Source: Macrostomum lignano
Taxonomy: Eukaryota
DNA: 59,293 nt
Direction of reading: 5' to 3'
Assembly (NCBI GenBank): GCA_002269645.1
Contig: NIVC01000775.1
Coordinates: forward strand, 1-59,293
Made by a program: the position numbers and the translations under genes
Part shown: positions 45,601 through 56,900 of the stretch, piece after piece
Layout: every line of letters begins with the position of its first letter
Numbering within the stretch: the first letter of the stretch is position 1
Notes under the pieces: generated by a model
Told to the model about the DNA's origin: nothing
The model's input: only the letters and a program-made list of their open reading frames with translations
The model's database searches: none

Positions 45601-48600
45601 AGAAATCCGCTACTCATTCGTCTAGTGTTTCGTGGAATTTTTGCGCAGAACCTGCCGTAGCTTATCGCTTCAGAGCAGTCTCCCTGGAGGTCAATCAATC
45701 TCTCACAGAGTAGCATAGCTACATTTATTAGCGATGCCCTTGAACTAACCCCAGAGCAAAAAGAGATCCCAAACCTGGAAGACGATTGGTCCATCCACCA
45801 CCGGTGGCGAGTCGTTGACATCCTCGATGGTCACACAGTAGCTGGCGCGGCCTTCCAGACGCTGCGAGTCCCGGCAGACGATGCCGAAGCAGGCCCGGGA
45901 AGAGACCTCGCGGTCGAACACCCGGTTTGTCACCAGGTCGAATAGCTTCATCTGAAAGAAGCATTGACGGGCGGCATACGAGGACTCAAGCAGTGAGGGC
46001 ACCAATGCCTTCTATGCGGAAATAATGATGTTGATCAGCCGAACTGCCAATGCAAAGGACTCAATTAGAAACTATGAAAACAGTCTCTGCCTGCCTAAAA
46101 TGGAGAGTAGGCCAGCAATAATTTCGGGTCAAGCGAGAGCTAGGAATCGTTTGATCCGATGGGCCTATTAGTTTGGTGGCTGGACTATCAAAGACATATA
46201 AAATGAGCCAGTCGTATTGAATTACATCACTCCCCATCTAATTAGAAACAATGCTCTGCAGTTGCTCCGCATGAGCTCATGCAGATGTGCATCATTGCTC
46301 GGTCTCTAATCTTTCACTTGCACCTCTGCACCAAGGATCTGGGCTGGGGGGGGGGTATCTCAACTATGCTCAAAGATCTGGCCTGTCATCTTTTCATTTT
46401 TTGGTCTCTAATTTTAATGCCGTCTTCTTTGGTAAGGCTTCTTATCATTCCTAGCCTCTCTGCAAAAGCCAATGACGCAATAGATATGGCTTCTCTTCAT
46501 TAGTAGTTGAAAGCAGATGTTGACATCGGTGCAACTGGCTTCATTAATCCGTGCCTAATAACTTCTATTTATATCGCTTTTTCTGATGGAGATACACATG
46601 AATTCATACCTACTAATGTGTCGAAAGTAAAGAAGAGTTATTTTTTCTACGGACCGATACACTTCAACGACTGCTCAATAGAACGTAGACGAAACGGTTG
46701 AACTCATGCCCATAACTTAGTAGCGAGATTCTTGTCTCCCCGGAGGCTTGACTTTGCTGTCCAATTATCGAGTAGCGCTTTGCAATTTTGCACCGGGCAA
46801 TTTAAATAATGATTGCAAGGCTGCTGTACGCACAGACCGTCAATTCGTGATTTGACGCGTGGGGAAAAACTGAGGAGAGCATGGCCGATTTTCGCAATCA
46901 GAGCACCGTTAAAAGGGCCTGTGCTATGCTCCATGATTTTTAGATTAAAGCCATTGCACCCTTTCTCTGCCTCCTTTTCTTTCTGCAAATCGATTCTTGG
47001 AAATGAGAATGAAGGGTCAGAGGGAGCACATGAAGCAATCTCATAATCCCCTCGGGAGACAACTCGGCATTGACGGCCCGTTGTCCCCATGGAGGAGAAG
47101 GGAATTCAGCTTTCAGAACAAAAAATATAGGGGCCTAAAAACGCAATTCTGCGTGCAAATAACTGCGGGCTGACAGATTAAAACAGAGAAAACGGTGCTG
47201 TTTTCAGAGATTCAAGCGATCCTTGGCTATCACAAGAATTAGCTCTGCCCGCACTGACTCAGCACGACTGTTTTCGCTTGATTGAGCGTTTATCATTTTT
47301 TCAAAGAAACGATTTCTTAATTAACTTCAGTTTTTCATGAGTAGAAAAAATTCCTCTTTATTTTCTGGTTTTTGCAATTGATTGATTTCAATAGCTATTC
47401 TTGTGGATTAGGCTGAGGTGCGAAACCTATTCAGCTATTCGGAATGATCTACCTGAGAATCCAAAGTTGAGAAAATCAGATAGCTTACTGCATTGGGTAC
47501 ATTGGAGCATCGCTAAAAAGAGCTCCTAAGAATGGAAGACTCCCAGGCATTTCAGCTTGGGAAAGCTCTGAAAGCTCACTGACTCTTCCTTACCGTGGAA
47601 TCGGTGGGTGCCGATGATCCGTAGTTGACACTGGAGGACAGCAGAATAAAAGGCACCTCTTGCCCGTGCTCGCTCAGGCCTCCAACCTGCAGGTGCGAAG
47701 GCGGCTGATTGTCACTCAGAACGGTCTCACACTGGACATGGTCGCCCGTGTCCAGGTCGCGAACAATGACCTCGGCAATCTTGCTTCTCAGCGCCAGGTT
47801 CTCTGGAATGCTTGGCGCTGATGGGCTGGCAGTGCATCCAGACGGCAGGAAGCAGGTCTCGATGGTGGGCGCTTCGTCGACTCTGTCCAGCACCGAAATG
47901 CTGACGGTGGCTGTGGCCGTTTTGCGGTACTCCTTGTCGCGAGCATTATCCCTGGCAATCACCTGCAAAAGCAAATCGAATTTTTGCTAATTTTAATTCA
48001 CAAACGTGTTTGTTCAGTTGGAATATTTTATTTCCTGAGAGTTGCACATACCTCAAACAGAAAGTACTTCTTGGTCATTCGATCATAGTCTAGCGGCTTG
48101 CGAATGATGATTCTGCCGTTTGCCAGCACGGCCAGGTACTGCCTGGCCACCTGCTGGTCCTCGCCGGCCGTGGCAGCGAAGTCGTAAACAACGGTGCCGT
48201 AGTCGCCGGAGTCCCTGTCCGTGGCTTGCAGCTGCAGCACTTCGCTGTTCACCACCTCGTTCTCGTAGATCGGCTTGGGAGGCGTGTAGAAGGCGCGGTC
48301 GAACTCGGGCGCGTGATCGTTCACGTCGATGATGATCACCTGCAGCATGATGGAACCAGTGAGCGGCGGGTTTCCCTCGTCGATTGCCACGAGGCTCATG
48401 TTGTACGAATCCTTCTCCTCTCGGTCGATAATTCGCGACGTCTCCAGTGACAGTCGGTTGTCCTCCGCCGTCTGCTTCAGCGAGAATGGCGCACCAAGGT
48501 TGTTCAGCTTATAGCGAACTCTGCCGTTCTTGCCCAGGTCTTTGTCTACCGCGTTGAGGATAAATTTGTTCTTGCCGGGCCCATCGCCGTCGAGGAATTC

Positions 48601-48718
48601 GACCCGAATGACATTGCCAGCCACTGGCCAGCTTGGTTGTTCATCGTTGATGTCATTGATGAGAACAAGCACGTCCACCTTCTGGCTCAGTGAGTCCTGG
48701 TAGATGGAGAACTCGTTC
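39629..48718 (-). CDS. PCDH: Protocadherin (at least six complete cadherin repeats plus the end of a seventh, TM helix, cytoplasmic tail); 5'-incomplete; one frameshift
   Basis: Exons 48052-48718, 47687(or 47657)-47962, 45775-45951, 44697-45374, 43780-44295, 43454-43677, 40156-40273, 39629-39960. Repeated DINDEQP/DVNDHAP/DANDRQP/DENDNRP, AxDxDxG and DRE motifs. TM IVIVCLAVMFLVLGIATVTVVCLIV. C-terminus EASFV. A 1-nt shortfall occurs near 44074. Confidence 0.92.
40299..41510. repeat. 46-50-bp minisatellite (~25 copies)
   Basis: Unit GCTGTGCTCATTGTGACT(GT)n(GCA/T)TAGT(T/G)CAGCCCTAGCATCAGTTT. Length varies through the internal GT run. Confidence 0.97.
42505..42860. repeat. 16-bp minisatellite (CCACTGCTCTACC(T/C)AC)n
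   Basis: About 20 tandem imperfect copies in a protocadherin intron. Confidence 0.92.
44350..44626 (-). mobile_element. SINE family 1 copy in the intron within cadherin repeat 7
   Basis: Matches the family consensus and lies between exons 44697-45374 and 43780-44295. Confidence 0.88.
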
Positions 48719-48838
48719 CTGCAGCAATGGATCCACCGTATGGTCAGAAACTACTCAAGTCTCTCAGAATCAAATAAGAAGCAATATCTGTCTCATATTC
48801 ACAGTAATATTTTGGGTCTATCTAGGAACTTTCTAGGT

Positions 48839-49247
48839 CAGGAGTCGGCAAACTCTGGCGCCCCATGCGGCCCGCAAAGCCTCTATCCGGCCCTCGGGTC
48901 CGTTGAAACTTCACAATAGCAATCCGGCCCGCTCAATGCTTTTGTCTCTTCTCTCCTCTCTCCCCTCTGCACCTCTCCCCTCTCTCCTCTCCACCCACTC
49001 CCCTCTCTCTTCTCCTCCTCTCTCCTCTCTTCTCTCTCTGCTCTCTCCCCTCTGTCTCCTCTCTCCCCTCTATTCTCCCACCTCTCTTCTCCCCCTCTCT
49101 CCTCTCTCCACTCTCCCCTCTCTTCTCTCCCTTCTCTCGTCTCTCCCCTCTTTTCTCATCTTGTCACGTCTCTTATCTCCTTTATTCCCTCTCCTTTCCT
49201 CTCTAATTTAGGCCGCAGCCATGAGCTGGATTCTGAGCTGACCCCTG
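48839..49247 (+). mobile_element. hAT/Charlie-like MITE with CT tract
   Basis: CAGGAGTCGGCAAAC ... GCTGACCCCTG. Flanks TTCTAGGT / CTCTAGGA match 6/8 and fit the NTCTAGAN target preference of Charlie-type hATs. Confidence 0.82.
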
Positions 49248-49724
49248 CTCTAGGAATATACTTCGATTGACTGTTGCAATTCACTTCAAATTTCATATCA
49301 CACTACTTTTCGTATGGCTTGGTTCAACAATATCTACATGTAGCTATATCAAGGCAAAAAAAATAGTGCAAACCTACTTATTTTAGCTGAAACAATAGCA
49401 AATATTGCCGAAATGGGTTCGGGTTATCCCAATCCAGCTGAACAAATCTCTCTGTGGACTGCCATGGGATCTGGTGGGTTCGGTGTATTGGGAAGAATAA
49501 TATTGCCAATATTCCTATGATCGAGACACGCAAAAGCAGATGAACTATCAGCGAAAGAGAGCTCTATGACAATGTTGGGCTGTGCTACCAGCCTTTCAGC
49601 ATATTACAAGTATCCACCTGTTCTGCCCATGCAACAGGGGGTGAATGCGGGTTGGTCTCTCTCTCTCTCTTACCCTGCTGTTTGCCTCTCTCAGTGACCA
49701 CACAGAGGCTTTCACTGGGGTGTA

Positions 49725-49725
<1 letters not shown>

Positions 49726-49758
<33 letters not shown>
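49726..49758. repeat. (GT)n microsatellite
   Basis: About 16 GT units. Confidence 0.97.
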
Positions 49759-49762
<4 letters not shown>

Positions 49763-49763
49763 G

Positions 49764-50950
49764 CACGGGGCATTTGTTGGGCCATACGCGTACAACGGGA
49801 CCCGCACTGTTGGGCCAAAAAAAATGTTGGGACTGTCCCATCAAGTCCGTCCAACACTTCCAAAAAAGTTACAATAGCAGCTCAAAAAAATACTCTATGG
49901 ATTCAGCTCGACAGCCTCTTTTTGATGGTGCAACTCATTTTTAATAATTTTACTTGCTGTGTCAATAAATAAGCAAAAACTGGCGTCCCAATAAGTAAAA
50001 ATGATACAAAATTCGACCAAATCACTATTGGGACACTGAAATGGCTAATCTGCTCCCGCATATTTTTATTGGTTTTTTCTCATATTTTTACTAATAGTAG
50101 ATTTCAAGCGCATTCATTTGCTGCAGTCTTTGTTTTAAGACGTAAATACATAGCATACATTAAAATACATACAAAGCAAAGCATAGCAAAACACTTTTAA
50201 GGGTATTTTATTGTCAAAGGATGGTTCTGGATGGAGATAAACCTAAAGAAATGACAAGGGCTTAAATTTACTTCTGACTGTGATGGGCATCAGTACTCTA
50301 CACGAACTAAATTGTTAGGACAGTGTTGCAGTGTTGAATACAACAGCCCACTCTTGTTAGGACTCATGCTATTGACTGCTGCGCGCATTCGATATTCTAT
50401 AAATTGTTGGAACTGTGTGCTAGAGTGTCGTTTACAAAAGCCCACTCATATTAGGACTTACCCCATACATGTTAGGACTAAGCCCTACCCCCCTGTGTAC
50501 ATGGCTCCAATTTACCAGAGTCCCCTTGCTAGTTAGGTGTACATTTATTTTGGTCTATTATTGACGCCACCCCGCAAACGTACGGTAAACAAAATTGGCA
50601 TGTACTCGCCATGCTGAAATCAATGGTCAACTCTGCCTCTGCCATGGCACCCGAGTCACCATGGTATGGAAAGAACAGCATGGAATGGCACAGCGATAAA
50701 CATGTAAGTGGTATTAAAAAACTTTGTCGGAAACAAGAAGCATTTATATTTAAATGCTATAAAAAATACTGCTCCTGCTAAGCAGTACCTACCTTTCCTT
50801 CAGGTATATCACCTTTGATCAACTGCCATGTGGCGCAATTGCCAAAGGATCCGTCGACTTTAACCGGTAAGCTGTAAAAGCTTTGAGTAAAACTTGACAT
50901 TTCGTCTGAATCCATTGACATTCAATAGCCTACGTGTCCAACCACAAAAA
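49764..50950 (+). mobile_element. Putative left end of a DNA transposon with subterminal motif array
   Basis: Begins CACGGGG immediately after the GT microsatellite. Ten copies of T(G/A)TT(G/A)G(G/A)(A/C)C occur in 49775-50478 in both orientations. The other end is not in the window. Confidence 0.45.
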
Positions 50951-53900
50951 TTATAAGTTTTGTACTTTTAACTCTCAGATCGGGTCTTAGCAGATTTCTA
51001 TAGCTATGCATGCAAGGGCCCCTCAGAAGAGATGCTTAAACACTGCAGTGCATTTTTCCTAGCAATTATTGGGACACGAAGTGTTGGGCCACTGTGTGTG
51101 TGTCTAGTTTTTTCCGCATTTGTTAAGTCACCTAAAGAACTCAATTAATAAAGGGCTCCAGAACAAATTGATGGGCAAACGGATGACACACTGCACAGAG
51201 ACTTGTTGGGACATATTAAAAACAGCTTATTTTAGAATGGGTACACTTTACTAAAGTAGAATGCTCCTACAGAAAGCTGCAAGCAAACTAGCATCTTCTG
51301 GAGCTGACATGCAGAGAAGAATGATTTTGTCGTCCTTAAAATCACTAAATCGATATGCGAAATCGATCTTTTGCTAATCCCACCACAGGTTCCAATGAAA
51401 AGAAGAAACGAAACCCATTGACTAAATTGGGACTCAATCGATGCCGACTGCAACTGAGCAGCTTCGACTGCAGCTAATAGACTTGCTAGATGCCAGAATG
51501 ACAGCATCAAAGTTAAGCAGAAGCTTCAATGAAAGGTTAGTTCACTCATTCGTTTTCGTGTCTAGAGCAGCTCAACTAGCAGATTCTACGAGAGTAATGC
51601 TTAGATGCCAGCAAATTGCTTCACAGCATCTAAAGTCTTAAGCAGAAGCTTCAGAGATGAAAGGTTAGTTCATGCTGTGGCTCGCATTCAGATTTTCGTG
51701 TCTAGAAGCGTTATTAACTTTTTGTAGCTTTTAATACTACTGCAGATCAGAATGGGTCTTAGCAGAATTCTATCAGCTATGCATGCAGAGGGCCCCTCAA
51801 GCCCCTCAGAAGAGATGCTTAAACACTGCAGTGCATTTTTCCTAGCAATTATTGGGACACGAAGTGTTGGGCCACTGTGTGTGTGTCTAGTTTTTTCCGC
51901 ATTTGTTAAGTCACCTAAAGAACTCAATTAATAAAGGGCTCCAGAACAAATTGATGGGCAAACGGATGACACACTGCACAGAGACTTGTTGGGACATATT
52001 AAAAACAGCTTATTTTAGAATGGGTACACTTTACTAAAGTAGAATGCTCCTACAGAAAGCTGCAAGCAAACTAGCATCTTCTGGAGCTGACATGCAGAGA
52101 AGAATGATTTTGTCGTCCTTGAAATCACTAAATCGATATGCGAAATCGATCTTTTGCTAATCCCACCACAGGTTCCAGTGAAAAGAAGAAACGAAACCCA
52201 TTGACTAAATTGGCAGTCGACTCAATCGATGCCGACTGCAACTGACCTGTCAGCTTCGAACTCAGGAGAGCAGCTAATAGACTACGAGAGTAATGCTAGA
52301 TGCCAGAATGCTTCACAGCATCAAAGTCTTAAGCAGAAGCTTCAATGAAAGGTTAGTTCATGCTGTGGCTGCATTCGTTTTCGTGTCTAGAAGCGTTATA
52401 ACTTTTTGTACTTTTAACTCTCAGATCGGGTCTTAGCAGATTCTATAGCTATGCATGCAAGGGCCCCTCAGAAGAGATGCTTAAACACTGCAGTGCATTT
52501 TTCCTAGCAATTATTGGGACACGAAGTGTTGGGCCACTGTGTGTGTGTCTAGTTTTTTCCGCATTTGTTAAGTCACCTAAAGAACTCAATTAATAAAGGG
52601 CTCCAGAACAAATTGATGGGCAAACGGATGACACACTGCACAGAGACTTGTTGGGACAGATTAAAAACAGCTTATTTTAGAATGGGTACACTTTACTAAA
52701 GTAGAATGCTCCTACAGAAAGCTGCAAGCAAACTAGCATCTTCTGGAGCTGACATGCAGAGAAGAATGATTTTGTCGTCCTTGAAATCACTAAATCGATA
52801 TGCGAAATCGATCTTTTGCTAATCCCACCACAGGTTCCATGAAAAGAAGAAACGAAACCCATTGACTAAATTGGCAGTCGACTCAATCGATGCCGACTGC
52901 AACTGACCTGTCAGCTTCGAACTCAGGAGAGCAGCTAATAGACTACGAGAGTAATGCTAGATGCCAGAATGCTTCACAGCATCAAAGTCTTAAGCAGAAG
53001 CTTCAATGAAAGGTTAGTTCATGCTGTGGCTGCATTCGTTTTCGTGTCTAGAAGCGTTATAACTTTTTGTACTTTTAACTCTCAGATCGGGTCTTAGCAG
53101 ATTCTATAGCTATGCATGCAAGGGCCCCTCAGAAGAGATGCTTAAACACTGCAGTGCATTTTTCCTAGCAATTATTGGGACACGAAGTGTTGGGCCACTG
53201 TGTGTGTGTCTAGTTTTTTCCGCATTTGTTAAGTCACCTAAAGAACTCAATTAATAAAGGGCTCCAGAACAAATTGATGGGCAAACGGATGACACACTGC
53301 ACAGAGACTTGTTGGGACATATTAAAAACAGCTTATTTTAGAATGGGTACACTTTACTAAAGTAGAATGCTCCTACAGAAAGCTGCAAGCAAACTAGCAT
53401 CTTCTGGAGCTGACATGCAGAGAAGAATGATTTTGTCGTCCTTGAAATCACTAAACAGATATGCGAAATCGATCTTTTGCTAATCCCACCACAGGTTCCA
53501 GTGAAAAGAAGAAACGAAACCCATTGACTAAATTGGCAGTCGACTCAATCGATGCCGACTGCAACTGACCTGTCAGCTTCGAACTCAGGAGAGCAGCTAA
53601 TAGACTACGAGAGTAATGCTAGATGCCAGAATGCTTCACAGCATCAAAGTCTTAAGCAGAAGCTTCAATGAAAGGTTAGTTCATGCTGTGGCTGCATTCG
53701 TTTTCGTGTCTAGAAGCGTTATAACTTTTTGTACTTTTAACTCTCAGATCGGGTCTTAGCAGATTCTATAGCTATGCATGCAAGGGCCCCTCAGAAGAGA
53801 TGCTTAAACACTGCAGTGCATTTTTCCTAGCAATTATTGGGACACGAAGTGTTGGGCCACTGTGTGTGTGTCTAGTTTTTTCCGCATTTGTTAAGTCACC

Positions 53901-56900
53901 TAAAGAACTCAATTAATAAAGGGCTCCAGAACAAATTGATGGGCAAACGGATGACACACTGCACAGAGACTTGTTGGGACAGATTAAAAACAGCTTATTT
54001 TAGAATGGGTACACTTTACTAAAGTAGAATGCTCCTACAGAAAGCTGCAAGCAAACTAGCATCTTCTGGAGCTGACATGCAGAGAAGAATGATTTTGTCG
54101 TCCTTGAAATCACTAAATCGATATGCGAAATCGATCTTTTGCTAATCCCACCACAGGTTCCAATGAAAAGAAGAAACGAAACCCATTGACTAAATTGGCA
54201 GTCGACTCAATCGATGCCGACTGCAACTGACCTGTCAGCTTCGAACTCAGGAGAGCAGCTAATAGACTACGAGAGTAATGCTAGATGCCAGAATGCTTCA
54301 CAGCATCAAAGTCTTAAGCAGAAGCTTCAATGAAAGGTTAGTTCATGCTGTGGCTGCATTCGTTTTCGTGTCTAGAAGCGTTATAACTTTTTGTACTTTT
54401 AACTCTCAGATCGGGTCTTAGCAGATTCTATAGCTATGCATGCAAGGGCCCCTCAGAGAGATGCTTAAACACTGCAGTGCATTTTTCCTAGCAATTATTG
54501 GGACACGAAGTGTTGGGCCACTGTGTGTGTGTCTAGTTTTTTCCGCATTTGTTAAGTCACCTAAAGAACTCAATTAATAAAGGGCTCCAGAACAAATTGA
54601 TGGGCAAACGGATGACACACTGCACAGAGACTTGTTGGGACAGATTAAAAACAGCTTATTTTAGAATGGGTACACTTTACTAAAGTAGAATGCTCCTACA
54701 GAAAGCTGCAAGCAAACTAGCATCTTCTGGAGCTGACATGCAGAGAAGAATGATTTTGTCGTCCTTGAAATCACTAAATCGATATGCGAAATCGATCTTT
54801 TGCTAATCCCACCACAGGTTCCAGTGAAAAGAAGAAACGAAACCCATTGACTAAATTGGCAGTCGACTCAATCGATGCCGACTGCAACTGACCTGTCAGC
54901 TTCGAACTCAGGAGAGCAGCTAATAGACTACGAGAGTAATGCTAGATGCCAGAATGCTTCACAGCATCAAAGTCTTAAGCAGAAGCTTCAATGAAAGGTT
55001 AGTTCATGCTGTGGCTGCATTCGTTTTCGTGTCTAGAAGCGTTATAACTTTTTGTACTTTTAACTCTCAGATCGGGTCTTAGCAGATTCTATAGCTATGC
55101 ATGCAAGGGCCCCTCAGAGAGATGCTTAAACACTGCAGTGCATTTTTCCTAGCAATTATTGGGACACGAAGTGTTGGGCCACTGTGTGTGTGTCTAGTTT
55201 TTTCCGCATTTGTTAAGTCACCTAAAGAACTCAATTAATAAAGGGCTCCAGAACAAATTGATGGGCAAACGGATGACACACTGCACAGAGACTTGTTGGG
55301 ACAGATTAAAAACAGCTTATTTTAGAATGGGTACACTTTACTAAAGTAGAATGCTCCTACAGAAAGCTGCAAGCAAACTAGCATCTTCTGGAGCTGACAT
55401 GCAGAGAAGAATGATTTTGTCGTCCTTGAAATCACTAAACAGATATGCGAAATCGATCTTTTGCTAATCCCACCACAGGTTCCAGTGAAAAGAAGAAACG
55501 AAACCCATTGACTAAATTGGCAGTCGACTCAATCGATGCCGACTGCAACTGACCTGTCAGCTTCGAACTCAGGAGAGCAGCTAATAGACTACGAGAGTAA
55601 TGCTAGATGCCAGAATGCTTCACAGCATCAAAGTCTTAAGCAGAAGCTTCAATGAAAGGTTAGTTCATGCTGTGGCTGCATTCGTTTTCGTGTCTAGAAG
55701 CGTTATAACTTTTTGTACTTTTAACTCTCAGATCGGGTCTTAGCAGATTCTATAGCTATGCATGCAAGGGCCCCTCAGAGAGATGCTTAAACACTGCAGT
55801 GCATTTTTCCTAGCAATTATTGGGACACGAAGTGTTGGGCCACTGTGTGTGTGTCTAGTTTTTTCCGCATTTGTTAAGTCACCTAAAGAACTCAATTAAT
55901 AAAGGGCTCCAGAACAAATTGATGGGCAAACGGATGACACACTGCACAGAGACTTGTTGGGACAGATTAAAAACAGCTTATTTTAGAATGGGTACACTTT
56001 ACTAAAGTAGAATGCTCCTACAGAAAGCTGCAAGCAAACTAGCATCTTCTGAGCTGACATGCAGAGAAGAATGATTTTGTCGTCCTTGAAATCACTAAAT
56101 CGATATGCGAAATCGATCTTTTGCTAATCCCACCACAGGTTCCAGTGAAAAGAAGAAACGAAACCCATTGACTAAATTGGCAGTCGACTCAATCGATGCC
56201 GACTGCAACTGACCTGTCAGCTTCGAACTCAGGAGAGCAGCTAATAGACTACGAGAGTAATGCTAGATGCCAGAATGCTTCACAGCATCAAAGTCTTAAG
56301 CAGAAGCTTCAATGAAAGGTTAGTTCATGCTGTGGCTGCATTCGTTTTCGTGTCTAGAAGCGTTATAACTTTTTGTACTTTTAACTCTCAGATCGGGTCT
56401 TAGCAGATTCTATAGCTATGCATGCAAGGGCCCCTCAGAGGAGATGCTTAAACACTGCAGTGCATTTTTCCTAGCAATTATTGGGACACGAAGTGTTGGG
56501 CCACTGTGTGTGTGTCTAGTTTTTTCCGCATTTGTTAAGTCACCTAAAGAACTCAATTAATAAAGGGCTCCAGAACAAATTGATGGGCAAACGGATGACA
56601 CACTGCACAGAGACTTGTTGGGACAGATTAAAAACAGCTTATTTTAGAATGGGTACACTTTACTAAAGTAGAATGCTCCTACAGAAAGCTGCAAGCAAAC
56701 TAGCATCTTCTGGAGCTGACATGCAGAGAAGAATGATTTTGTCGTCCTTGAAATCACTAAACAGATATGCGAAATCGATCTTTTGCTAATCCCACCACAG
56801 GTTCCAGTGAAAAGAAGAAACGAAACCCATTGACTAAATTGGCAGTCGACTCAATCGATGCCGACTGCAACTGACCTGTCAGCTTCGAACTCAGGAGAGC

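Noticed and set aside
46279-47090. Short ORFs in a protocadherin intron
   Set aside because: No motifs, no splice-compatible cadherin sequence, and host-atypical codon use.
50600-50660. INGQLCLCHGTRVTM as a Helitron Pif1 GLCNGTRL motif
   Set aside because: Short match, the frame stops within ~12 codons, and no other helicase motifs are nearby.
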